A stretch of DNA of 62,044 nt, filler included, from Asterionella formosa (lineage: Eukaryota): NCBI GenBank assembly GCA_002256025.1. It is 25 parts of 25 records of this genome, joined end to end, with 100 filler letters (N's around TTAATTAATTAA, not from the genome) between each part and the next. Parts side by side here need not be neighbours in the genome. Positions count along the whole stretch, not along the records: positions 1 to 2,393 come from NKIB01015321.1; positions 2,494 to 4,886 come from NKIB01015322.1; positions 4,987 to 7,383 come from NKIB01015323.1; positions 7,484 to 9,876 come from NKIB01015324.1; positions 9,977 to 12,368 come from NKIB01015325.1; 20 more parts are not named here. One strand, given 5' to 3'. The translations under genes were made by a program, and so were the position numbers. This document shows, piece after piece, positions 1 through 11,365 of this stretch. How positions within the stretch are numbered: the stretch's first letter is position 1; each line of letters starts with the position of its first letter. A model generated the notes under the pieces. It did no database searches. It was not told where the DNA came from and saw only the letters and a program-made list of their open reading frames with translations.

Positions 1-70
1 ATGATGTTGTTGTTATTGTTTGACACGACGGTTCATGTTCTACAGTATAGATAGAGTATCGGCTGCTACA

Positions 71-907
71 ATGTCCACTTATTTGACTCCCCTCATGCGG
101 ACAAAAATACTGCGGGGACTTTTGATTGCAATAATAGTTCTGGCGTTTCGTTGTCACGAAGGAGCTTCAAGCTTCATGATGGAACCAGCACAGTGCCATC
201 ATCAGTCAACCGCATTGAAGCAGGGGTCTGCTACTGAGGAAACTCCGTCGTGGAAGCAGTATTGCGCGTTGCATCATTCTCCATTGAAACACAGCTTTCA
301 CAAGGCAGGAGGCATCCTGTATCGTACATCAGTCTTTTCGAAAGCAGAATTTGCTGCAATCCAGAAGGATCTCGAACAGCAACAGAAACTTCTCATTGAC
401 GAGACGACAAACACGGTAGCCACAAATCGCATGGGGGCAGTTCTGTGTCCAGAAAACAGTAAGACTGTAGATATTTTTAAAACAGGAAGCTTGACCACAT
501 TGGTCCAACTCCTCATGGGCCAAGACTACCATTTGTCAAGCCACGTCCCGGTGGAACTGAGAACTTATGAGAAAATTGGTGCTGGTATGCAGTGGCATGT
601 GGATGATGTCTTGTATGATCCCCCACAGCTGGAGGTGGTTTGGACATTGGAGAACACTTCCGATTGTCAAACCATGTGGATCGAGGATGACGCTGCGGCT
701 ACAACCCTCCGGACGGTAGAAACGGACGCCAATTCAGTGGTACTTTTGAAAGCAGGAGGGGTGCAGCACTGTGTATCGTCACTAAAACAAGGGAAACGTA
801 TAATTGTCAAATGTGTGTACATCAAGGAGGGGGCCAGATTTAATGCTCAAGAGTTGGTTGCGCAATTTGGATCCAAAAGAAACAGGACAAGGAAGCGGCG
901 TCAATGA
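71..907 (+). CDS. 2OG-Fe(II) dioxygenase-like protein with N-terminal signal, possibly a plastid presequence
   Basis: WHVDD (HxD) ... VQHCVS (distal His) ... GKRIIVK fits the double-stranded beta-helix dioxygenase triad. Hydrophobic N-terminus followed by GASSF. Start could be ATG at 35, 71 or 95. Confidence 0.7.
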   Translation: MSTYLTPLMRTKILRGLLIAIIVLAFRCHEGASSFMMEPAQCHHQSTALKQGSATEETPSWKQYCALHHSPLKHSFHKAGGILYRTSVFSKAEFAAIQKDLEQQQKLLIDETTNTVATNRMGAVLCPENSKTVDIFKTGSLTTLVQLLMGQDYHLSSHVPVELRTYEKIGAGMQWHVDDVLYDPPQLEVVWTLENTSDCQTMWIEDDAAATTLRTVETDANSVVLLKAGGVQHCVSSLKQGKRIIVKCVYIKEGARFNAQELVAQFGSKRNRTRKRRQ

Positions 908-1101
908 AGAATTGATGGACCTTCATATCAAAATTCATTAAATGCAAAAGGAAGATGATTGCTTTCATTTGGACATGATTACTCTGGTATTTTCACCGGA
1001 AATATTATTCTTGCGAGGGAACACGAACCGGTAAAGTAGGAGATTGCAATGCATTGCCTTTGTCAAAAGCTGACGCTAGAGAATAATATCTGCACCATGC
1101 C

Positions 1102-2385
1102 TCAAACATCAAGGACTCTTGTGAGGAGGCTTCTCCAATCAATATCATTGCTCCACCATTGGACTCGTTTCATCATTTTCCTTTCTTCCTCTACGCTGTT
1201 AATGTTTTCAAGCAGTCGTGCTGCTGTGGAAATGAGATCCTCCTCTCGCGAAAATACAACTCCCCCACAGGTACTGTACACATCAACTCCAATTTTATCA
1301 CTCCATTCCTCCATCAATGGTATGCATCCCATTGGGGCAACATCTGAGAGACGGTGGTATTCTCCTCCTGAAATATTTCCAAAAGCATGCATGGTTAAGC
1401 AAATCTTGGCATCGAGGTACGCCTCTACAACATTTTTCTCTCTCATGTTCCTCCCAAACCGAATGTTCCATTCAGGGTGAAGAGTTTCCATTGTTGCCTT
1501 GAGATGATTTCTTCTATTTGTCATCAAGGAAAAGAAAACCACATCATATTGACGCTGTGCTATTGGTTTGAGCGGTGGAATTCTTAGTGGAGTATGTTTA
1601 GTTCCCTTCTGTGGAGGCAACATCGTATTATCATGACCCACCAATCGATTTTGTATCATCATTGGAATTAATAGCATACTGCGATCCCCAGTATTTAAGC
1701 TCCACTGTTGTGCCAGGAGGTAATTGTGGTCCGAAAAGTCAATCACCAAACAGTTGGGCGAGTCAAAGCATTTCAGTATATACGCCTTGAAGTTCTTCGT
1801 TTGAAAGTATAGTTGCTCGGCTTGGATAATGATCCGAGGTTTGGAGAAATTTGAATCGAATTTTCCGTGAAAGCTTGTTTCAACAGTAATGACGTTGTCA
1901 TGGTAGGAAGGATTAGTAGACCTGTTGAGACCATATCCCTCCAACATTCGGACCATGTTTTGTTCCACTGATGTAAATATTTTAACTCGTAAATTGATGA
2001 AAAAGAACTGAGAAAGAGACAGAATGTGTTTGGTTTTGTTAAAGGAAGCGGATGAATAAGTTGCCATGTGCAAAGCAATGGAATCAAGTGATGACGTTTT
2101 ATTGGTCAAACTCGTGCACACTGAAGGAGAGTGCTTCCTATAATTGTTATTGTTGTTATGAAGACTCTTGTTGTCGTCGACAAACTCGGACACAACATTC
2201 CATTTCATGTCGTTTGCATTACTTCGTATGCGAAATAGTAGCAACACCAGTACCATCAGTGCAACAATGTTGTATCCGCCACGCAACTTCACCCATGATG
2301 ATGGGCGATCCATACCACGCTGATGGGAAGAAGCCAATATCATGGGTCGTCGATAGCAAAAAGTCATGTACAATGGTCGAACCAA
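1102..2385 (-). CDS. Type II membrane protein, probable glycosyltransferase (GT-B-like C-terminus)
   Basis: 427-aa ORF with a single N-terminal TM (IVALMVLVLLLF) and an Asn-rich stem. C-terminal YDVVFFS...RR...YLDAKICL..H...GEYHRL....G resembles GT-B nucleotide-sugar-binding regions. Confidence 0.55.
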   Translation of the reverse strand: MVRPLYMTFCYRRPMILASSHQRGMDRPSSWVKLRGGYNIVALMVLVLLLFRIRSNANDMKWNVVSEFVDDNKSLHNNNNNYRKHSPSVCTSLTNKTSSLDSIALHMATYSSASFNKTKHILSLSQFFFINLRVKIFTSVEQNMVRMLEGYGLNRSTNPSYHDNVITVETSFHGKFDSNFSKPRIIIQAEQLYFQTKNFKAYILKCFDSPNCLVIDFSDHNYLLAQQWSLNTGDRSMLLIPMMIQNRLVGHDNTMLPPQKGTKHTPLRIPPLKPIAQRQYDVVFFSLMTNRRNHLKATMETLHPEWNIRFGRNMREKNVVEAYLDAKICLTMHAFGNISGGEYHRLSDVAPMGCIPLMEEWSDKIGVDVYSTCGGVVFSREEDLISTAARLLENINSVEEERKMMKRVQWWSNDIDWRSLLTRVLDV

Positions 2386-2393
2386 AGAACATT

Positions 2394-2493
2394 NNNNNNN
2401 NNNNNNNNNNNNNNNNNNNNNNNNNNNNNNNNNNNNNTTAATTAATTAANNNNNNNNNNNNNNNNNNNNNNNNNNNNNNNNNNNNNNNNNNNN
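2394..2493. other. Artificial 100-bp contig spacer (N44-TTAATTAATTAA-N44; stops in all six frames); first of 24
   Basis: Identical spacer starts at 2394, 4887, 7384, 9877, 12369, 14860, 17348, 19837, 22326, 24814, 27305, 29791, 32276, 34761, 37245, 39727, 42209, 44691, 47172, 49652, 52132, 54611, 57087 and 59566. Intervening contigs are 2376-2397 bp. Confidence 0.99.
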
Positions 2494-2658
2494 CTGCACC
2501 GCCATAACATCACACCGGGTTTGTTGCAACAGAAACCGAAGATCGGTTTTTTTCCGCTGCAGCCCGTTGATGTTAAGGGTGCCCACCACCAGTGGTGCCC
2601 CACAGCCATCTGGTGGTATCATGGGCGTTGGGGATCCGGGTGGGTTTGTCTGAGCACC

Positions 2659-3540
2659 TATTTTTTCAATTTTTATTTCTTTTTTCCTATTTTTTTTATA
2701 ACTCTTGTCGCACCCATTGTTGTTGGTGGTGCATTTGTACCCAATCTTCTTCTCCCCAGGTTAGGCTTCCACCTAGTTTAACCACATTTCGGTGAGAAAG
2801 TTGATGAACCACATTTCCGGTGGCTTGACGCCCCAGGCACCCACCTAGTTTTGCCACATTTCGGTGAGATAGTTTAACCACGTTTCCGGTGGATTCTATG
2901 TTATTTTTTTCAGTTTTTATTTCTTTTTTCCTATTTTTTTATAACTCTTTTCGCACCCATTGTTGTTGGTGGTGCATTTGTACCCAATCTTCTTCGCCCC
3001 AGGCTAGGCTTCCACCTAGTTTAACCACATTTCGGTGAGAAAGTTGATGAACCACATTTCCGGTGGCTTGGCGCCCCAGGCACCCACCTAGTTTTGCCAC
3101 ATTTCGGTGAGATAGTTTAACCACGTTTCCGGTGGATCGACCTGCCAGGCTTAGAGAGAGGTCCCGCGAGTAGTCATGATAGTGAATACTCAGGTGGGAG
3201 TGGGGTAGGAGACAGAACTCCAGTGCATGCCACCCATAGCATCAAGAATCCTATCCCCTCTCCGTTGTTTGGTGGGGGAGGTAGTGGCAATCACTTCACT
3301 TTTGAGCACAAAACAGTACTAAGTTGTGTTGCTACTTGCCATTTCCCTCCCAGGGCCGGGTTCCTTTTCTTCCCTTTTTTTTCATTTTTATTTTCTATGT
3401 TATTTTTTTCAATTTTTATTTTTTTTTTCCTATTTTTTTATAACTCTTTTCGCACCCATTGTTGTTGGTGGTGCATTTGTACCCAATCTTCTTCGCCCCA
3501 GGCTAGGCTTCCACCTAGTTTAACCACATTTCGGTGAGAA
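2659..3540. repeat. Complex tandem repeat, ~243-bp unit (two full copies and one partial)
   Basis: Units start at about 2659, 2902 and 3401. Each has a T-rich head and up to four CCACATTTC(C)GGTG(G) sub-repeats. Confidence 0.9.
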
Positions 3541-3950
3541 TTTTTTTTTTTTTGGCTGTTCCAAGGCGCCAGGAGAAAACCTATCCGGCCGCTTTGCCCG
3601 CCTGCCCCATCGATGTGGGGTGCTTGGGGGGCATCATGGGAGGATTCGAACTCCTCCCACCAGTTCACGTGTTCAGGAATGTTTTTGAGGCACCCCGTCA
3701 TCCAATCATGTTCCAGTGTCCGGTGAGGCACCCCGCCCCTCTAACCTGGGCGAGGTAGTGTGAGACTTTCACTCACTAAAAACCTGTGTGCAGCCCCAGT
3801 CTTGACCAGTACGCGGTCTGCCCTACCCGTCGGGGCGTTGGCCCGTGGAGGTGTGTGGGACCCCGTCAAATGCCTCACTTGCGTAAGACCCCCAACGGGA
3901 CCTGATTATGTTAGCACGAAGGCTAACAACGCTCATCAGGAACCTGGCAA
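3541..3950 (-). mobile_element. Poly(A)-tailed, GC-rich retroposed sequence (SINE or LINE 3' end) interrupting the tandem repeat
   Basis: T13 run at 3541-3553 lies exactly where repeat unit 3 breaks off. Hairpin GGGAGGA-GTTCGAA-TCCTCCC at 3638-3658 and several other stems. Confidence 0.55.
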
Positions 3951-4750
3951 CATCTAAGCCGCGTATTACGTGAAGTGACCATCACGTAAATAAGCCTAGT
4001 TGATTTTGAATGGATCACATGAATTAGTTGAATACATCAAAATGCTTACTTGAATAAATCTTTATATTATCTGAATACATCACGTTCATTATTTGATCAG
4101 AGTATCATGCATGCATTCCTGATCATCACTATATTACGTGATCACCTTCACATAATTATTTGAAATACTTCACATAATTATTTGAAATACTTCAATTAAT
4201 TCTGTAATTCAGTTCACATTGCCTTAAATTTTTGTTCACGTAATTCTATAATATGGTTCACGTAATTTATTTAATTTTTACGTATTTTAAAAGTACTATC
4301 AAATAATGTTGATTACTAATTCAACAACCGGTATTTCACATTACATGGGAAACAAATCTCGATATGCAATCAAACAAAGCTGTTCTGTCAGAATGGAATC
4401 TTCAGTCTTGAGAAGGCAGGCATTATGAGAAGTCTGTAAGGACAATGCAAGACAAACAGAAGCCATGCATTTAGAAGGGGGAAATTATTCACTCTTGAAC
4501 AGGCATCATTCTACGAATTTGCAACATGAATGCATCCTCACACACTGATTTCCTTCTTGTACTTGAAATGACTTCTTCATTGACCTGCAGAGATTTTCAT
4601 AACAACAGTGTGTCAGTAATGTATATGATAGAACTAGCAACAGCAGAAAGCAACACACAGTTCATTCCGGACCTCATTGTCCCTGCCTGTTGTCAACAAC
4701 AATGCGTGAGCTGACAAGCCATACTAGCATTTAGGTACACAACAAGAACA
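3951..4750 (+). mobile_element. Terminus of an unclassified repeated element, probably a DNA transposon, starting CATCTAAGCCGCGTATTACGTG
   Basis: About 800 bp matches the reverse complement of 20057-20858 with a sharp common boundary and different flanks. Many TCACGTAA/TTACGTGA-like subterminal motifs. Confidence 0.75.
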
Positions 4751-6846
4751 CACTCACCATTCAACTGTATTGCAGAGTTCTTTCATTTGAGTCGAGGATT
4801 CAATTGACATTGCAGCAACCTATGCAGTTACAGAAACAATGAGAAGGAATGATTTGTTAGCAAGTAGTCATGTTACATTGAAACAANNNNNNNNNNNNNN
4901 NNNNNNNNNNNNNNNNNNNNNNNNNNNNNNTTAATTAATTAANNNNNNNNNNNNNNNNNNNNNNNNNNNNNNNNNNNNNNNNNNNNCAATTCCATCGTAT
5001 CCTCTTGCTTCACTTACCACAAATCAATGCAACTGATGCATAAGTCTGTAATAGTAACTTGTCAGTAAGCCAGATTCTTGAATAAGTAAGTTTCTGGTAT
5101 CCAATGTTGTTGAATAAAACTTACCGGTACATTTTTGTCATCTTAACTTTGAGAGAAGGTAAACGTTTTGTCAGCTTTGTTCCAACAGAAGTGAATAGGT
5201 CCAACGAGCGACAAGAGCACTTACGCAATTTGGTTTTGTTTTACATTGGTGCTCCCCAACAAGCGAAACGAGCTGTTTAATGAGCATCAACTGAGAAAAA
5301 AGGTAATGTGCATTTAGTTAACAATTTGTTGTTGTCCTGCCTCCCAACGATTGTCATCCAAGTACCACATTGATGGCTTCATTACCTTAAACATTCTCCA
5401 TCCTTCGAATGCGCAATGTGTCGAAGTCACAATGTTTTTCGTTATGTATTGTGAAAATTTTCTTTTCTTTTAATGTGCTTTACTACGACGTATCTTTTCC
5501 TGAAGCAGCTGGCATTGTCTGTTAACATGACAGAACGATTTCAAAAATATATATGCCATGAATATAGAAATAAAATTTGTAAATATATACATTTATAAAA
5601 TTCAAACGCGCTCTCGATGTGGAACATCTGATATGGTTGAGATGATCATACTCGCATATACATAATTCGAAAATACTCAATGCACTGTATGTCCATTGTT
5701 TTCCACGACTACGTGTACCGGTATTATCTCTGAAATTTGTTTGCATCGATTTTTTCTACATCCGTTGAAACTAATTATTTAGACCGTTAAATAGCCGCCA
5801 GGGTTTAGTAGCAAATTGTTTAAGCCCCTTTTTTGGTCGGGAGCTCTTCATGTGTACCGGTACATCATATGACAATAACAATATATATATACGTACCAGT
5901 ATGGATGCGATTGATTTGAATTCAAATCATGTCCATCATAGTGACTCCTATGTACCGGTATGTTGCACAGATATTTGTATGTAAACGTACTACGTGTACT
6001 ATTGATTTGAATTTGAATCATGCCCATGATAGGAATAGGGTTAGGGAGTGACTTTGGTATACAGGTATCTAAAGGTGATTGAGGGTACGCAATATCACGT
6101 AGTCGTACAACAATGTGGAATTGGTATCTGTTGGTGATGAAGGGGACGCAATAACACTTTCTCGTCCAAGCCTATATTGAAGTCTCCACAGTTACAATCC
6201 AAAGTAGCAAGGAAAACTGAAAGAACGACGCTTCAACGCACACCATGATGATAAACCTTGCGGCTTAGAAGCAAGGATTGAAAATGGAAGAGAGAATGGA
6301 ATCTAGCTATGGTATGTGAAGAGTACATGCCAAGGTGATCAATTGTTGGGTTCACAAAGACAAAATGATTGCCTCCTTCCCTAACAATTCAAAAGCACAT
6401 TTCGCATTCAGCGGGATACCACCAATGTCGACCAAAAACTTGTAAATGCTCTTGTTGGATCAATGAGCCACTGTTATAACATCACTGACACATGTTTGTT
6501 TTTCAATCTTTCAGGATAAATTTAATCAAAGATTTTTATTGTAAGTTGTAAATGACATTCTTGGTGGAACGGTTTATTGATTTGTACTTATGTGATCATT
6601 GACTGAAACATTATTTTGCAGAATTATGAGAAAAGTTCATCGATTTATGGTAAGTGGAGCATGCTAAAATGGGACTGCAGTGTTGAGATATAAACAAGAC
6701 ATGGCTAACAAGCGAGTAATTCCTTCTCATTGTAGTTAGTATGATTAGGAAATCAAAATAGATAAAACAGAATTGGATCAAAAGGAAATGGGATTTGCAG
6801 CATGAAGTCAGATGAGTTTCAGAATCTGAGTGGAAGGGAGGCGGGA

Positions 6847-7010
6847 TGCATGCATCAAGAGATTTAAAGGCAGGATGCAATGCATCCTTAAGAGCATTGA
6901 AGGGAAATGGGGGAGTGGCAGGCATCCTCAAGAGCATTGAAGGGAAGCGGGAGGGATGTATCCTCAAGAGCATTGAAGGGAAGCGGGAGGCATGCATCAA
7001 GAGCATTGAG
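6847..7010 (+). repeat. Minisatellite, ~33-36-bp unit (CATCCTCAAGAGCATTGAAGGGAAGCGGGAGG)
   Basis: Four to five degenerate copies, in frame within a short ORF (ILKSIEGKREG repeats). Confidence 0.8.
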
Positions 7011-7483
7011 ACAAGAATAGAAGAGGGGAACATTGGCTGTTTAACCACACAAAATGTAGAAACATAAAAATGATTTCGTGATATTACAGTAAAATTACAA
7101 TCCATTTCAACCTATTTTTAACAGCTATTTCGATTAGAGTTACCATCATATAAGGGAGGATAGGTTTATGATAAAAGAATATACATCATAGGATAATGTT
7201 TTGATAATTATATGGTGGTTTGTTTATTATGAGTAAGCTTAGCCTGTTCACTTTCATAGTATGCATTTATCATACATATAACGAAATATGTATCATGCAC
7301 AGAAAAATTCTGTGCCAGTTATTGTATGATACCCCTGATCTTATAAGTACGATATTTTTTATTTGCAGACGATTCAGTCCAAGNNNNNNNNNNNNNNNNN
7401 NNNNNNNNNNNNNNNNNNNNNNNNNNNTTAATTAATTAANNNNNNNNNNNNNNNNNNNNNNNNNNNNNNNNNNNNNNNNNNNN

Positions 7484-8358
7484 AGGTTTGTTATATTGGC
7501 ACATTACTACCTTGTTTCATTTCTGCTGATCGTACACTCGAATTAGAAATGTCCTTGCCAAACACTGTTGAACTTCCCCATTATCGCCGACGGTCACTTA
7601 GTATTCATGCCCTCAAACGACTTGGATATGAAGTTGATCATCGCCTTCGCCGACATGGGAACCTCCTCTGGTTAAAGCTCCCTAATGGAAAAGAATACTC
7701 ATTTAAACTTCTTACATTTGATGACGTCGATTATCTAATTGTGCGCCTCCATAAGCCTGCTCTCACGATCACTACATCTGCTATTAACCTAGTTAATACG
7801 ATGAAACCTGAAGGGCTATATCACCTTATTCACTTGCGAATGGGTTGTCCTGGCCGTCGAGCCATGGAACTACTGCTCAATGGGAAGAGTGTTATTGGTC
7901 TTCCCCCAAATGTTCCTATTCCCACCAATTTCTCATGCCCTATCTGTCTAAAAGAAAAACAACCATCACTTCCTAAAAATCACACCAAGGAATCTCCATT
8001 TAAGGTAGTGGGACAATTATTGCACATGGATTTTGGTTTTTATGGGAAGCAATCATGTCGTGGTTTCAAATGTTTTCTTGTCGTCACTGAAGCTATTTCC
8101 AATCACCGATGGACATTCTGCCGCCAATCCAAGGCAACCCCGGTCAAACTCATTTTATGGATTATTCAACATATTCAAATTCGAACAGGTCACAACGTTC
8201 GTCGCATTTGTATGGATGGTGAATTATTCGCGAATAACACATCAAAAACGCAATTGTCACTGTTGCATATCACAGCTGAACCCACAGGAGCATATACATC
8301 TTCTCAAAATGGCAAAGCAGAGGTATCTTTCAAATTGATCGGTCTTAATGAACGAATA
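7484..8358 (+). mobile_element. Ty1/Copia pol fragment (GAG-pre-integrase and integrase core), truncated by a second insertion
   Basis: HLRMGCPG...CPICLKEK zinc-binding region, LLHMDFG, ICMDGE, SQNGKAE. Homology is lost abruptly at about 8359. Confidence 0.85.
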
Positions 8359-8613
8359 TTGCAGTGCAGTGTGGGCGCGTGGATGAACGTACCGTGTCAT
8401 ACGGTACAGGGGACTAACTAGTCGTTAGAGTGTTTTAGCGATAGTACAGCGTGCAAGCTTGGAGCAGCGAATGCGCTAGAACGGCGTAGGTTTATATATC
8501 TTTAAGTCTATCTTTTCAACCTTTATCTTTCTTTCCTTGTGCACCATGTAAGTTGTTCTGCCGACAACACTAGCGTATTTATTCGGTTTATCAGACCCAA
8601 CGCTCTACCGATT
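8359..8613 (+). mobile_element. Putative 5' LTR and PBS-like sequence of a CoDi-type Copia element
   Basis: Begins TG where the integrase breaks and has a TATA-like TTTATATAT at about 8491. TTATCAGACCCAACGCTCTACCGATT (8588-8613) is complementary to a tRNA D-arm/anticodon half. A gag ORF follows. The LTR 3' end is not resolved. Confidence 0.55.
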
Positions 8614-8928
8614 ACCACTTGAGTTATCTTTGAATCGAAGAAGAGCGTACAGTGCGAGCGAATAGGAGCGTCGAATTCGAACCATCGAGACAAGGAGTCT
8701 GGCATTACGTGTTCGTAACGAATTTTTCATATTCAGTATGTAGTGTCACGTGTGCGTACCGAATTTGGATGATGACGATCATTCGCAGGCGTCGGTGACC
8801 GTGTGCACTCGAGTCGTACCGACGGGTATCCGCAGACGACCAGCGAGCGATAGCGATTGTGGCCGGAGTTGAACTGATCACTCAACGACGGCATTGGCGT
8901 AACTGTGCTGCCTGCACACAAGTACTAT

Positions 8929-9022
8929 TCGTTACAGCGGGAATCCACTGACGACATGCGTTTGCGTTTGCGAAAATCGTTACAGCGGGAATCCACTGAC
9001 GACATGCGTTTGCGTTTGCGAA
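8929..9022 (+). repeat. 48-bp tandem duplication in the retrotransposon leader
   Basis: TCGTTACAGCGGGAATCCACTGACGACATGCGTTTGCGTTTGCGAA at 8929 and 8977. Confidence 0.95.
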
Positions 9023-9062
9023 TTACTATCATTCTCTTTTCCCAGCAAATCCACTCATTATC

Positions 9063-9876
9063 ATGGCGAATAACTTGGTCGGAGTCGCCCACGTTCTGTT
9101 GGCAATCGGTTTTGAGGTCGCTGTCGAACGTTTGAACATCATGGCAGCAGGTATTAGCGAGTTTGAGGACTTCCGTTATCTAGTAGAAAAGGACATTCGT
9201 GACATGGCGGACGAATTTGCGAAGCGTAGCGTGGCAAACATTAAGATTGTTTTTGGACTTGGACGCACAAAGAAATTGACAGGCGTTATGCATTGGGTCC
9301 AGGATTGTCATCGAGTTAACGACGTTCCGGACCACAACGATTTCAATGTTGAGATTCTATATCAATCGTTGAGCCTTGCGCAGATCAGGAAGTCCGACAT
9401 AGATCTCGTGGCTACTAATTCCAAGGCTGCCAATCCGGGAAAATTCAAAGATGAGAGGAAGTGGCCTGAGTGGGAAAAGGCCTTTATCAACTACTTGGCT
9501 GTCATTCCCGGCGTTAGCGGCATACCGTTGTCTTATGTGGTAAGAGAAGCGGAGGATCCCGAAGCTGAGGCCGATTATGGCTCATTCAACGAGCGCATGA
9601 TCCATCGTGCCCCCCTTAACGGTCAGTATTACATTGCGGATGCGAGACGTGTGCATACACTGTTACTTGGTTTTCTACAGGGCGAACAGACAGAAAATTG
9701 GATTCGTTCCATCTCTCGTTATCAGGACGGTCGTAGGGACATGGTCGCGTTGAGGCGGCACTATGCTGGCGAAGGAAATTCCACACGTAGGATTGCTGAC
9801 GCCAAGAAGATTCAATCGTCCCTCCACTACAAGACAGAGCGTGCGTTACCTTTTAACAAGTTCTTGGATTCACTAC
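9063..9876 (+). mobile_element. Gag ORF of a diatom-type Copia (CoDi-like) LTR retrotransposon, 3' cut by contig end
   Basis: Open 271+ aa. KWPEWEKAFINYL..IPGVSGIPLSYVVR and DGRRDMVALRRHYAGEG resemble CoDi gag motifs. Confidence 0.75.
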
Positions 9877-9976
9877 NNNNNNNNNNNNNNNNNNNNNNNN
9901 NNNNNNNNNNNNNNNNNNNNTTAATTAATTAANNNNNNNNNNNNNNNNNNNNNNNNNNNNNNNNNNNNNNNNNNNN

Positions 9977-10080
9977 CTTTGGAAGCTGCCGGAGTGCATA
10001 TTTCCAGATCTCCTGCCAGGCTTGGAAAGACAATGTTGGAAGCGATGGGTCTCCCGGATCCTTCAGCTGCTGCAGTGTAA
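9977..10080 (+). CDS. SUCLG1: C-terminal fragment of succinyl-CoA ligase alpha subunit
   Basis: Translates as LEAAGVHISRSPARLGKTMLEAMGLPDPSAAAV*, matching the conserved SucD/SUCLG1 C-terminus (ALEAAGV..xSPAxLG). Below the ORF-track cutoff. Confidence 0.7.
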
Positions 10081-11365
10081 TATTTATCGTCAAAACATGC
10101 ATCTAAGCCATATGAAGACTTGATTGTCGTGTGTCATTTCCATTATCCCCGATTCTCCTTTTCGCAACTGTCTACATCATCCATGTACGGTACCTGGTAG
10201 TAGACTACATACAGCACATATATATATTTCATAGTATTTTATGACAGGTGGTCATAGTAAAAAATCAGCAAACGAACTACCCAGGTATTGGTGGTCTACA
10301 GCAGTAGATGCCCATTTTGATTAGCTTTCAATGTAAGTACGAATGATGGTTAAACAAATTTGAAAGTGACTACTCGGAGTACCAGTTGAAGTGGTACCTG
10401 GTACCTTGTAACATGATCTATTATGATAGAGCATGCAACAAAGATTTATACTTGTGCACTGCTTGATGAGCAGATCAAACCTTGCTCCAATATCGAAGAT
10501 AGACATTTTCGTCAAAATTACTACGAAGCAAAATCAATTACGACTGCATGACTAAAGATGACTATGGTATGTACAAATTACATGGTATTTTCGTAAGACA
10601 CTTTATGGCTATGAAGTTGAAACAACAACCACTGTTGGTGAAAAAATCGCAAAAAGATGTATCTATTGTATTACGCAACAACCAACCTGCCTACCTATGT
10701 AGACACAGGGGGGTATTCTTTATTCTTTTTGAATGTTCATTGTCAGCCAATTCTAGTCGTTATCATCAACTTCTAATCATTGCCAGCAAGTTCTAGTCGT
10801 CTGTAGTCACCAACTGGTTCAGTAATTGAGTCATTTTGAAGATGTCAATGGACTGTTAATTGATATAGCTATATATAGAGAATCAAAAAATTGGTTTGAC
10901 CTCCAAATTGCCATAGTGTAGAGTGAACTTCGACATTTGAATTGTGTGTTGTCTAAAGTACCATGGAGCAATGCGCCATTGGTGACTTCAATTTTCGTTG
11001 TCAATATTTTAGTGTTATTACAGTTGTTTTTTATGATTGTATTATCTATGTTGTGTTAGATACATGTACCCAATAGCAAAGCATCTTTCTCGTTTTTCGA
11101 GGAGAAATTTGCTATTTTCATCATCGTCAAGGCGGAGATAGCATGATGCAGCATTCTCCAGCCGCTTACAAGAACCACACTGAAGTATTTACTATGTATA
11201 TATCATGGAAACAAATCGCAACATCTAAGCTAAATTATTATATCCTAGTGTCTACAAGAGCTACCTTGGGTACCCTGAGACTATCTTATATCCTACAGTA
11301 TGTAGCCACAGTATATGTGATACGCATGTATTGTAATGCAGTGGTACCAGTACCCCGGTACCTGG

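Noticed and set aside
3900..3945. CTGATGA on the minus strand suggesting a hammerhead ribozyme
   Set aside because: No correctly placed GAAA core. The segment folds as a simple hairpin.
6121..6480. Stop-riddled frame ending FAFSGIPP, possibly a recombinase or transposase relic
   Set aside because: Too degenerate to assign by eye.
10100..10109. Third CATCTAAGCC match to the element terminus
   Set aside because: Only 10 bp, with no further similarity.
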